A stretch of 61,871 nucleotides of DNA from a virus (taxonomy: Duplodnaviria; Caudoviricetes), in the IMG/VR virus record IMGVR_UViG_3300025131_009312, positions 1-61,871 of that record; one strand, given 5' to 3'. Under the pieces are notes generated by a model. It was not told the origin of the DNA. It ran no database searches and saw only the letters and a list, made by a program, of their open reading frames with translations. Positions 9,904-18,897 of this stretch are shown piece after piece (within the stretch, counting starts at the first letter, position 1; the number at the start of each line of letters is the position of its first letter). The position numbers and the translations under genes are program-made.

Positions 9904-10566
9904 ATGAAGCACCTTACAAGTACAGAATTTTTAGCGGAAGCGCAAATTGAAGAAAAATACTTACCGAATTTGGTATACGAGGACGGGTTTATCTGGGGCG
10001 ATACCTCAAATGGAGATAAATTACGCTTCTTGATGACTCTGGTAAGGAATAAATTCCATGATAAGTCGCTTTTAGAAATTGGGACATATCGGGGAACTAC
10101 CACCTATAATCTGGTCACCAACCTAAGTACCGGTACGGTTCACACTGTGGATTGTGGGTATGAAGAATTGAAATCATTACTGGCAGCAGAACAACCAGAA
10201 CACGCCAACAAGATAAAATACTCAGCCTATGAGGTCGGAGAGGTCTATAAGAAGCATATTGGGGACACCCCAGCAATAAAACAGATTACAGGAAACACAA
10301 CAGATGACCAGATCGCCGCGCAGATAATTAACTCGGGTCCTTATGATCTAATCTATATAGACGCGGCCCATACGTACGAGGGCATTAAGAGCGACACGGA
10401 GCTGGTGCTTCAATGTTTGGGCCCGGGCACAGTAGTCATTTGGGACGACTACAACGGCTGGTGGACGGGCGTAAATCGCTATCTAGACGAACTCGACCAG
10501 ACGCATGCCTTAACTTACATCACTGATAATAGGTACGTTATTTATACGCATCCGGGTGAGAAATAG
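9904..10566 (+). CDS. Class I SAM-dependent methyltransferase (Methyltransf_24-like)
   Basis: LLEIGTYRGTT, HTVD, YDLIYIDAAHTYE, GTVVIWDDY. Confidence 0.85.
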   Translation: MKHLTSTEFLAEAQIEEKYLPNLVYEDGFIWGDTSNGDKLRFLMTLVRNKFHDKSLLEIGTYRGTTTYNLVTNLSTGTVHTVDCGYEELKSLLAAEQPEHANKIKYSAYEVGEVYKKHIGDTPAIKQITGNTTDDQIAAQIINSGPYDLIYIDAAHTYEGIKSDTELVLQCLGPGTVVIWDDYNGWWTGVNRYLDELDQTHALTYITDNRYVIYTHPGEK

Positions 10567-10568
10567 TC

Positions 10569-11432
10569 GTGATTCTAGTAACTGGGGCAGCAGGGTTTAT
10601 AGGGGGGTGTTTGGTCGACACTCTTTCTCCCCACGATGTATTACTTTGTGACGTTCGAGACGATTCCATGTTGAGTCCAGATGCGGCCTTAGGGGCCATT
10701 GGCGACGATGCAGTAACTTGTGTGTATCACCTCGGCGCCATCTCATCTACTACCGTCACCGACATCACTGCTATGACGGAGAATAATATTTTATTCCCAG
10801 CTCGCTTATTGCAAGTTGCCATGCATAAGGATATACCCTTTGTCTATGCCTCCTCGGCCTCAGTTTATGGAAGTGTTGAGGGTCCACATAAAGAATCTCA
10901 GCCAGCACGCCCGGTTAACTATTACGCGATTAGTAAAACTGCCTTTGACATGTTCGCGCAGGAGAAGATTAAAGATAATCCTGGAGCACGTATCGTAGGT
11001 CTGCGCTATTTTAATGTCTATGGACATAAAGAACACCGCAAGGATGATATGGCCAGCCCTGTTCACAAGTTTATCCATCAGGCCCGGACAACGGGCGAGA
11101 TTAAGGTATTCACCGGGAGCGAAGCCTACCAGCGAGATTTTATACATGTTGAGGATGTGGTGGATATTACTTTGGCAGCCAGCAAGTTCGGCCCGGAAGC
11201 CTCCGGGATTTATAATGTGGGGACAGGGGTAGCCCGCTCATTTCGCGATGTAGCGGATATTATCGCCTCCAACTGTGGGGCCGAAGTAGTGGAAATTCCT
11301 TTTCCAGAGCACCTACAAGGAAAATACCAGAATCATACCCAAAGTGACAACAGCAATCTGGAGAATGCCGGGTATACTGCCCCTCGAATTACGCTAGAAG
11401 ATGGTATCCAAAAGGTACTCACCGCAATATGA
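10569..11432 (+). CDS. hldD: ADP-L-glycero-D-manno-heptose 6-epimerase-like SDR
   Basis: ILVTGAAGFIG, HLGAISST, YASSASVYG, YAISK, GLRYFNVYGHKEHRKDDMAS, RDFIHVEDV, IPFPEHLQGKYQ: close to the RfaD/HldD pattern. Confidence 0.85.
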   Translation: MILVTGAAGFIGGCLVDTLSPHDVLLCDVRDDSMLSPDAALGAIGDDAVTCVYHLGAISSTTVTDITAMTENNILFPARLLQVAMHKDIPFVYASSASVYGSVEGPHKESQPARPVNYYAISKTAFDMFAQEKIKDNPGARIVGLRYFNVYGHKEHRKDDMASPVHKFIHQARTTGEIKVFTGSEAYQRDFIHVEDVVDITLAASKFGPEASGIYNVGTGVARSFRDVADIIASNCGAEVVEIPFPEHLQGKYQNHTQSDNSNLENAGYTAPRITLEDGIQKVLTAI

Positions 11433-11827
11433 CAGTCGTATTTGTTAATGGGTGTTTTGACGTCTTACATCGCGGTCACTTAGAATTGTTTGATTATGCA
11501 CAAAGTCTTGGTGATCATTTAATAGTCGCCATTGATGCGGACGAGAAGGTGCACCGCGACAAAGGCGCCGGCCGCCCTGTAAATGATTTAAAGGATAGAA
11601 AGTATTTTCTTTCATGTTTGGAGAGTGTGGATGAGGTTTTAGATTTTTCATCCGCTCAGGAGCTTGAAGACTTAATAAAGAGCCTTACACCGGATATAAT
11701 GGTGGTAGGTTCTGATTGGCGTGGGAAAACCATCGTGGGATCGCAATACGCCCAAGAAGTGAAATTTTTTGAGAGAATAGATGGATACTCAACTACAAAA
11801 ATCATTCAATATTCTAGTCATCGGTGA
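11429..11827 (+). CDS. RfaE domain II-like (HldC) sugar-1-phosphate nucleotidyltransferase
   Basis: FVNGCFDVLHRGH (HxGH), KGAGRPVN, VVGSDW, GYSTT. Confidence 0.85.
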   Translation: MTVVFVNGCFDVLHRGHLELFDYAQSLGDHLIVAIDADEKVHRDKGAGRPVNDLKDRKYFLSCLESVDEVLDFSSAQELEDLIKSLTPDIMVVGSDWRGKTIVGSQYAQEVKFFERIDGYSTTKIIQYSSHR

Positions 11828-12575
11828 CGCGTGTATAGACAAGTATTCCTATGGTTTCTGTGAGCGCCTCAGCCCAGAAGCTCCGGTTCCGGTCTTGCGT
11901 CATTCGCATACCGAAGAGCGCGAGGGGATGTGCTTGAACGTGAGAAACAACCTCACGGCCTTCGGCGCAACTACGACCGTGAGGCACAATAAGTCTCTTT
12001 TGTCTAAAGAGAGATTTGTGGACCTTAAGACTAGACAACATATACTTCGTTTTGATATGGGCGAAGGGGGCATCACGGACTCTCCTTCACCAATGACTCT
12101 GGCGGCCATTAAAAAACTTAATATAAGCTCTTATAACGCAGTAGTTATCTCTGACTACAACAAGGGGTTTATCACACACGAAAATGGGGCAGTCATCGCA
12201 GAACTGTGTTCACTGGGAGAAGTCCCACTCTTTGTGGACTCAAAAAAGAAGGATCTGAGCTGCTTTTCTAAAGCCTACATTAAGATAAACCAGCAAGAGC
12301 ACAATTTAGTTCAAAAATTGCCTCTTCAATACGAACTGGTGGTTACTCTGGGCGCTAAAGGTGCCCGATGGCAAGGACAAACATACGAGACGCATCCTTG
12401 TGAGGTTTTCGATGTTTCCGGCGCCGGCGATACTTTTTTGGCTGCCATGGTGGCTGAATTTTTAAAAACGAGATCGCTGCCCAAAGCAATTGCTTTTGCG
12501 AATAATTGTGCGAGTATTGCCGTGCAGAAGTTCGGAACTTACGTAATACAGAAGGAAGATATAGATGGAGATTAA
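11781..12575 (+). CDS. RfaE domain I-like (HldA) heptose-7-phosphate kinase, PfkB family
   Basis: ILVIGD..ID.Y..G..ERLSPEAPVPV, ISDYNKG, DVSGAGDTFLA. Confidence 0.87.
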   Translation: MDTQLQKSFNILVIGDACIDKYSYGFCERLSPEAPVPVLRHSHTEEREGMCLNVRNNLTAFGATTTVRHNKSLLSKERFVDLKTRQHILRFDMGEGGITDSPSPMTLAAIKKLNISSYNAVVISDYNKGFITHENGAVIAELCSLGEVPLFVDSKKKDLSCFSKAYIKINQQEHNLVQKLPLQYELVVTLGAKGARWQGQTYETHPCEVFDVSGAGDTFLAAMVAEFLKTRSLPKAIAFANNCASIAVQKFGTYVIQKEDIDGD

Positions 12576-12912
12576 ATTTGTTCCCAAGGGCTGGGGGTTT
12601 GAAAAGTGGATTGTCAATAACGAAGAATATTGCGGAAAGCTCCTATATCTTGTTAAAGGTAAGTGTTGCTCTTGGCACTATCATAAACTAAAAGATGAGG
12701 TGTTCTATCTCCAATCAGGAAAGATATTGGTCAAATATTCCGATCGGGATGATTTGAATGCTGCGCAGGAGGTTGTCCTTACACCGGGAGATAATTTTCA
12801 TGTGTACCGAGGATTGAGACACAGGATGATTGCTTTAGAAGACTCGGAAGTATTTGAGTTCTCAACCCAACACTTTGATAGCGACAGTCATAGAATAATT
12901 AAAGGAGATTAA
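12565..12912 (+). CDS. Cupin-domain protein (sugar isomerase-like)
   Basis: KGWGFEKWI, SWHYHKLKDEVFY, GLRHRM cupin motifs. Confidence 0.8.
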   Translation: MEIKFVPKGWGFEKWIVNNEEYCGKLLYLVKGKCCSWHYHKLKDEVFYLQSGKILVKYSDRDDLNAAQEVVLTPGDNFHVYRGLRHRMIALEDSEVFEFSTQHFDSDSHRIIKGD

Positions 12913-12914
12913 CA

Positions 12915-13547
12915 ATGGGAAGATTAAACAATTTTAACTTAGATGAATTTAGGGAGGCCACCTGCTTTATAGAAACTGGCACTCAAAACGGCGTGGGGCT
13001 GGGGCATGCTCATGTAAATGGTGCCTTTTGGGAATTACACTCTGTTGAGATAAACGAGGGATATTATCGTGCCGCATGCGCTAAGACAGCACATGCGCCA
13101 AATATCCATCTCTGGCATGGCAGCTCTTTCGACAAGCTTCCGGAAATGATGAAAGAGGTGTCTGGCCACCGTTCTTGTCTGTTTTGGTTGGATGCCCACA
13201 TCCCCGAAGATACAGCAGAATATCCCTTTAGGACCGAAGATGAGGAAATTGTCTTTCCTTTAGAAAAGGAATTAGAGCTTATTGTTAACACTCGCGATAC
13301 GCGCAATGATTACTTTATAATAGATGATTTGAGGATTTATATAGAAGGGCCGTTCCAGTATCCTTTCAACTCTCACCCTGAAGCCGCGTCCTACAAGAAA
13401 CAATATCCTAACTATTTTCCTCACAAGGATGGTATTTCTTTTGTTGAAAATTTATTAGGAGACACTCACGATATAGAAAAAATTTGGGATCATGAGGGTT
13501 ACCTGATATTAAGACCTAAGAAACTAGACCTAGGACCACAGAGGTGA
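12915..13547 (+). CDS. SAM-dependent methyltransferase-like protein
   Basis: FIETGT, HSVEI, GSS, LFWLDAH, FIIDDLR. Confidence 0.6.
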   Translation: MGRLNNFNLDEFREATCFIETGTQNGVGLGHAHVNGAFWELHSVEINEGYYRAACAKTAHAPNIHLWHGSSFDKLPEMMKEVSGHRSCLFWLDAHIPEDTAEYPFRTEDEEIVFPLEKELELIVNTRDTRNDYFIIDDLRIYIEGPFQYPFNSHPEAASYKKQYPNYFPHKDGISFVENLLGDTHDIEKIWDHEGYLILRPKKLDLGPQR

Positions 13548-14341
13548 AAATTTCTATAGTAATACAGGGCGGCCTCTATGGAGAGTTTACTTTAAAAACG
13601 GCTTATGAGTATGCAAAAATCGATGATGTTAAGAAGGTTGTTATTTCTACCTGGACCACTGAGCCCATCACGGACGAGGATATTAAGAATGATAAAATAT
13701 GCATAGTCAAGAGCCAGAAGCCACAAAATCCAGGACCCGGGAATATGAATCTGCAGATTATTTCTTCTAGAAATGGGATCGAAGAGTGTGACGAGGGTTT
13801 GATAATGAAAACTAGGTCGGACCAGCATCTTTATGCCGCGAGCCTTCAGAAGTGGATGACCTTTTTTGAGAGAGATACAGCCATCAATCCTCAGCGACGA
13901 AAAAAATACACAGATGGCACCCCCCAACAGAGTAAAATTTATTTAATAGGCAATAATAAAAACTTCCCTTTTCACCCTCAAGATCATTTTTTTTGGGGAT
14001 ACAAACCGGACTTACAACGACTGTTTTCGCTGCCTCTGTGGGACGATGCATCTTGGGACTGGCGCACAAGCGATCTAAAATTTTCTGAGCTGCTTCGATG
14101 TCCTATATATTTGGGCACACATTACTACCGGCAGTTTTATCCGGAAGTTCAAAAGTTCATGGATAGCCCAGAAAAGTATCTCCTCGATGGGGCCCCCAAT
14201 TATCAAGAAGCCATGGACTACTACACCCCCATAAGAGACACCATCTTTGGAGTATTTCCCCGCATACAGTTAAGATGGGAAAAATATAATAGTGGATATT
14301 GGTATAGTTATGAAAAAGAGGGAGAATATTATGCCGATTGA
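13544..14341 (+). CDS. WavE-like lipopolysaccharide synthesis protein
   Basis: ISIVIQG, VVISTW, NMNLQIISS..G, MKTRSD, PFHPQDHFFWG. Confidence 0.7.
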   Translation: MKISIVIQGGLYGEFTLKTAYEYAKIDDVKKVVISTWTTEPITDEDIKNDKICIVKSQKPQNPGPGNMNLQIISSRNGIEECDEGLIMKTRSDQHLYAASLQKWMTFFERDTAINPQRRKKYTDGTPQQSKIYLIGNNKNFPFHPQDHFFWGYKPDLQRLFSLPLWDDASWDWRTSDLKFSELLRCPIYLGTHYYRQFYPEVQKFMDSPEKYLLDGAPNYQEAMDYYTPIRDTIFGVFPRIQLRWEKYNSGYWYSYEKEGEYYAD

Positions 14342-15050
14342 GATCAAGAACACAGCGGTCTATAAGAATTATACCGGTTGGAACAAGAGCGTCGCCAAAG
14401 GCGCCTTCTCTCCCTCCGAGCAAAAAGTACAAGATTTCTTACAATCCTATTTTGGCGATAAAAATACCTCTGGCTTGATAGTCGATGTCGGTGCCAATGA
14501 TGGTGTTACCGACTCCCACTCGCTTCCTTTTATCGAGAAAGGATGGGAAGGGGTGTTGATAGAGCCCCACCCAAAGATGTATAATTTTATTCGCCTTCTC
14601 TATGAAAATACGCCGGGCGTTCATGTTCTCAATAAGGCGGTTCATAACAAGGAGGAAGCATGCGTGACTCTGTATGGAGGCGCCCCCCATTCGATCGGTC
14701 ATTCCACACTGCTCCCCCCGGACCGCCAATTTCAGGCAGATCAGGCCTACCTGGACCCCTTAATAACATATGAGGTGCCGGCGGCACCGCTTACTCATAT
14801 GCTTCAGGAGTGCGGGATAGAAAGAGAGATTGATATTCTACACGTGGATGCTGAAGGGCTGGGCTTGGAAGTCCTTCGCTCTTTAGATTACTCTATTTAT
14901 TCCCCCGCAGTTATTTCCGTTGACATTATGGGTCCGGACCACAAGGACGCAGAATGTGATCCCCTCATGGTCCCTCTCGCCGAATGGATGGAAAAAACTG
15001 GGTATGATCTTGTGATGACACATGCTCAGTCTGTATGGACGAGGAGATAA
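14331..15050 (+). CDS. FkbM-family methyltransferase
   Basis: VDVGANDG, GWEGVLIEP, IDILHVDAEG; ATG 14331 follows GGGAGA (track start 14292). Confidence 0.85.
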   Translation: MPIEIKNTAVYKNYTGWNKSVAKGAFSPSEQKVQDFLQSYFGDKNTSGLIVDVGANDGVTDSHSLPFIEKGWEGVLIEPHPKMYNFIRLLYENTPGVHVLNKAVHNKEEACVTLYGGAPHSIGHSTLLPPDRQFQADQAYLDPLITYEVPAAPLTHMLQECGIEREIDILHVDAEGLGLEVLRSLDYSIYSPAVISVDIMGPDHKDAECDPLMVPLAEWMEKTGYDLVMTHAQSVWTRR

Positions 15051-15053
15051 ATA

Positions 15054-15578
15054 ATGATAAAGTTAGTAGTTTTAGATATTGATGGGGTCATGACCGATGG
15101 AAGCAAGACTTATGGAATAGACGGATCGGTGGTGGCTAAGAGATATAATGATAAGGACTTTACTGCTATCAAGCGCCTCCGGGCCGGCGGCACCCCTGTG
15201 TGTTTTTTATCTGGAGACAATCGCATCAACGAAAAGATGGCCCAAAATCGCAATATTGATTTTTATTATGCGCGCGGGATTGATAAGGCTTCATTTGTAC
15301 CTGTTTTTGCTGATAAATATGGAGCCACTGCCTCCGAAATGTTGTATATCGGAGACGATTTATTTGACATTAGCATGTTGCGCGTAGTGGGGCACCCTTA
15401 TTGTACGGCCGACTCACCCAACGTTGTAAAAAAGGAGTGCGGGCCGATGGGTGTCGTCCCCCGTAAGGGGGGAGAAAACGTGGTCGCTGCACTCTATGAT
15501 ATTTTATTGGATAAAAACTTAGTAGAAGATGCTACAATGGAGGCAATCGAAGCCTTCGATAAAAAAGAGAGATTTTAG
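15054..15578 (+). CDS. kdsC: KdsC/YrbI-family HAD phosphatase
   Basis: LDIDGVMTDG, LSG, K, YIGDDLFD, KGGENVV. Confidence 0.8.
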   Translation: MIKLVVLDIDGVMTDGSKTYGIDGSVVAKRYNDKDFTAIKRLRAGGTPVCFLSGDNRINEKMAQNRNIDFYYARGIDKASFVPVFADKYGATASEMLYIGDDLFDISMLRVVGHPYCTADSPNVVKKECGPMGVVPRKGGENVVAALYDILLDKNLVEDATMEAIEAFDKKERF

Positions 15579-15591
15579 GAGAGAAATAAGT

Positions 15592-16290
15592 ATGAAATAT
15601 GACAAAAGTCTGTTAACCGACAAGCATGGGTGCTACGAGGGAATTCACAAAAACCTATATTCAGCAAATCCCCAAAAGCCCTTTCAGAAGGTCCACATGT
15701 CCGCGGAGGATGTAAAGATTATTAACCGTCGTTTTATGGGGGCGGGCATGTCTCAAAGCTATGCAGCCATCTATTGGTTTGAGTATTATTACGAAGCACA
15801 TCGCTTTGATTATGTAGTTGAGATAGGGAGCCAAAAGGGCGCCCTGAGCACATATTTCGCCAATATGGCGGCCATCACCGAAGCTTTTTATTTTGACACT
15901 TTTGAATTATATCCGGAAACTAGTTGGTATCAAAGACAACATGAAGGGGTAGGTCACTGGTTTGCAAAGCTTTGCGACATCTCTCCCCACATTAACTTTC
16001 ATTTCGGCGATATTTTCTCTGCCGACTCCCAACAGCACATTCAAGAGAATATGGAACAGTTGGATAAAACTTTCATCTTTTGTGACGGCGGAAACAAGAT
16101 AAAGGAATTTGCCATGTTTGCCCCTCTGTTGAAGTCCGGTGATCGAATAGCAGTCCATGATTGGAATCTCGAAATTGCTTATCCTCACATTCGCGGAGTC
16201 TGCGAACAATACGGGCTAGTTCCCGACGAGCCCTATGCCACTTCGGCCATGACTTTGGAAACCACCATTATGCCATTTAGGAAGCAATGA
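15592..16290 (+). CDS. SAM-dependent methyltransferase-like protein (CmcI-like)
   Basis: VVEIGSQKGALS, FIFCDGG, AVHDW; ATG 15592 follows AGGAGAG (track start 15529). Confidence 0.65.
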   Translation: MKYDKSLLTDKHGCYEGIHKNLYSANPQKPFQKVHMSAEDVKIINRRFMGAGMSQSYAAIYWFEYYYEAHRFDYVVEIGSQKGALSTYFANMAAITEAFYFDTFELYPETSWYQRQHEGVGHWFAKLCDISPHINFHFGDIFSADSQQHIQENMEQLDKTFIFCDGGNKIKEFAMFAPLLKSGDRIAVHDWNLEIAYPHIRGVCEQYGLVPDEPYATSAMTLETTIMPFRKQ

Positions 16291-16300
16291 TTTCCACCCC

Positions 16301-16969
16301 ATGCATGATGTAAGCTTATATGGGCACCTAACTTTCGACCGACTCTTTGTAAATGATAAAAAGGATGCTACCGTCGGGTCCATGGGCAATGTATGGAAAC
16401 ACCTGAACCGAATTAATCCTACTCTGGGGATTAATTTAGAGCCCACCTCTGTGGGAGAAGCCCTAATCATGATTGATACAAATAAGTGTGAGCGAGCATC
16501 GATTGCAAACTTAAATCTGCAACAACGAGCGCCCCTTGTGGAGCCATCACGCTGGAGTCATATTTTATATCTTAATGAACTCCCGGACACTTCTTTCATC
16601 TCGGAGATCACCACCGGAGTTATATCGGCCGATATTTGCCGGGGTAGGACACTAAGCGATCTAAGTATTTTAAAATATATAGATTTTCTATTCATCTCTG
16701 ATGAAGATCTATTTATGGAAGTTTCCGATCTACAACAATATGTGAAGGGGACTATAATATTACATTATAAAAGCGGCAGTCTTTGCTATACTAAGGGTGC
16801 AGATAGAGTAAAAACAACCACACCAGTAATCGAAGATGTTAACGTGTTAGGGTGTGGCGATATGTTCGCTGCAGCATTCATTAATGCATACATGATGCAT
16901 TCTAGTATAGAAAGCGCCGTCGCCTTTGCTCATGAAAGCGTTAGTCAACACTTGAGAGGTATAGAATGA
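16301..16969 (+). CDS. PfkB/ribokinase-family carbohydrate kinase (compact)
   Basis: YGHLTFD, VGSMGNV, DVNVLGCGDMFAAAF anion-hole motif. Confidence 0.75.
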   Translation: MHDVSLYGHLTFDRLFVNDKKDATVGSMGNVWKHLNRINPTLGINLEPTSVGEALIMIDTNKCERASIANLNLQQRAPLVEPSRWSHILYLNELPDTSFISEITTGVISADICRGRTLSDLSILKYIDFLFISDEDLFMEVSDLQQYVKGTIILHYKSGSLCYTKGADRVKTTTPVIEDVNVLGCGDMFAAAFINAYMMHSSIESAVAFAHESVSQHLRGIE

Positions 16970-18126
16970 AAAAATATAATTTGCTGATTCCCATGGCAGG
17001 CCGCGGCCAGAGATTTGTCGATGCCGGTTATAAGGTGCCCAAGCAGTTTATCCATGTTGGCGCCGTGCAGCTCCTGGATATTTCATTAAACTGTTTTGAT
17101 CTAGAACAGTGTAATCTGATCTTTGTAGTCCGCGACGATCAAATAAGTAACTACAATGTTGATCAAATTTTGAGGTATAAGTACGGAGACGATATCACCA
17201 TCGTAGTAACAGACGGGATGACAGAGGGTTCTACCTGCAGCTGTCTTTTGGCTCAGGACCACATTGATAACGATGCTCCTCTTTTTATTCATACGTTGGA
17301 TATTGAATTTGGCCCCCGGGTTAACCCAGCCGAACTCGTAGAAACCGATAGCGATGGTATTTTATTAACATTTAAATCTAATTCTTCCAACTATAGTTAC
17401 GTTGAACTAGGAGAGAACCAACAGGTAACCAAGACAGCCGAAAAGAAGGTGATCAGTGATAAAGCTTGTGTAGGAATTTACTACTTCAAGTCCGGCTCGG
17501 TGTTTTGCGCCAATGCCCGCGAAATGATATCGCGGAATTTAAGAACCAACAATGAGTTTTATATTACTCCGCTCTACAACCTATTGGTAGAGAAGGACCT
17601 TAAGGTGACAACCAAAGAGGTCTCCAAAATGCATATTTTCGGTACCCCCAAGGAGTTCGAGTTCTATAAGAACAATGTCGTCAAGCGATTCGGAACAAAA
17701 CCAGTTGCGCTGTGCTCAGATCATTCTGGGTTCGAGGCCAAAGAGAAGTTCAAGAAAACGCTGCAACAGCAGGGAATCGACTTTATCGACTTCGGCACCC
17801 ACGTAAAACAAGATTCTGACTATAAATATTTTATCGAACAAGCCGTAGGATCCAAAAATGATGGTACGTGCGACTTTATTTTAGGCTTTTGCCGCACGGG
17901 CCAAGGAGTTAATATGTGCGCCAACAAGTTCGAGGGCGTGAGATCAGCATTAATCTACGATGAGATGTCAGCAGAGATGGCAATTCGTCATAACTGTGCC
18001 AACTTTTTTGCTCTCCCTGGTCGCCACTGTGAGTCAGATGAATATGTGCACCGTATCGTACAGCTGCTCAAGGACCACACCTTTGATGGTGGTCGCCACC
18101 AGATGAGAATTCAGGAGTTAGAATAA
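16966..18126 (+). CDS. Sugar-phosphate nucleotidyltransferase fused to ribose-5-phosphate isomerase B (RpiB/LacAB) domain
   Basis: LIPMAGRGQRF..GY..PK, AEKKVIS, NEFY, GTP; from ~17701 ALCSDHSG, FCRTGQG...ANKFEGVRSA, RHNCAN, FDGGRH. Confidence 0.88.
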   Translation: MKKYNLLIPMAGRGQRFVDAGYKVPKQFIHVGAVQLLDISLNCFDLEQCNLIFVVRDDQISNYNVDQILRYKYGDDITIVVTDGMTEGSTCSCLLAQDHIDNDAPLFIHTLDIEFGPRVNPAELVETDSDGILLTFKSNSSNYSYVELGENQQVTKTAEKKVISDKACVGIYYFKSGSVFCANAREMISRNLRTNNEFYITPLYNLLVEKDLKVTTKEVSKMHIFGTPKEFEFYKNNVVKRFGTKPVALCSDHSGFEAKEKFKKTLQQQGIDFIDFGTHVKQDSDYKYFIEQAVGSKNDGTCDFILGFCRTGQGVNMCANKFEGVRSALIYDEMSAEMAIRHNCANFFALPGRHCESDEYVHRIVQLLKDHTFDGGRHQMRIQELE

Positions 18127-18467
18127 TGAAAACTTATAATATAAACGATATGGTAAAGGGGTGGTTCATTGGAGACTTTGAACCTTCAGTGTTCAAGAAT
18201 CCTTTTTTCGAAGTCGCCCATCATCAACATGAAGCCGGTTATGTCACCCCCCGCCATACTCACAAAATAGCCCAGGAGCTTACCTATATTGTGCGCGGGG
18301 CTCTGCTGGTGGACGGTCAACGACTTTCCGCCGGTGACATGTTTGTTTATGAGCCCAACGATGTGGCCAACGTAAGCGTTTTGGAAGATATTGATGTAAT
18401 AGTGGTAAAGTGGCCGTCGGTCCCATCCGATAAGTATATGGTGGAAGATGATACACATAGCACATAG
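18126..18467 (+). CDS. Cupin-domain protein
   Basis: GWFIGDFEPS, HTHKIAQE, GDMF..EP, VVKWPS. Confidence 0.75.
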   Translation: MKTYNINDMVKGWFIGDFEPSVFKNPFFEVAHHQHEAGYVTPRHTHKIAQELTYIVRGALLVDGQRLSAGDMFVYEPNDVANVSVLEDIDVIVVKWPSVPSDKYMVEDDTHST

Positions 18468-18897
18468 AGGTAATTTGGAGGGCCCTAACCCTGGCAAAGA
18501 GAATCACCCAGACTATGTGACAGAGGCCATGACGAAGGGCTATAACGTGGAGGTGGACGTATGGTACGAAAACGATACGTGGCACCTCGGCCATGACCGC
18601 CCTACCTATGAAATAAAAAAAGACTTTTTTTACAATAATCTATTATGGTGTCATGCAAAAAATTTAGAGGCCCTTCATCAATTAGCCGTTTTAGGGGTGC
18701 ACTACTTTTGGCACGAAAGCGACGCAGTGTCAGTTACCTCGCGTGGCTATTTTTGGACCTACCCAGGCAACGAACTTACGACCAAGTCTATTGCCGTTAT
18801 GCCAGAGGTAGCTAGTTCCCCCACCATGCGCCTTTGTGCTGGCATATGCTCAGATTATATCGCGCTTTATGCGCGAGGAGAGATTGAATACAAATGA
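18448..18897 (+). CDS. Small glycerophosphodiester phosphodiesterase/PLC-like protein
   Basis: IAHRG, EN, VEVDVW, LGHD, WCHAKN, GICSD; only 149 aa. Confidence 0.72.
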   Translation: MIHIAHRGNLEGPNPGKENHPDYVTEAMTKGYNVEVDVWYENDTWHLGHDRPTYEIKKDFFYNNLLWCHAKNLEALHQLAVLGVHYFWHESDAVSVTSRGYFWTYPGNELTTKSIAVMPEVASSPTMRLCAGICSDYIALYARGEIEYK

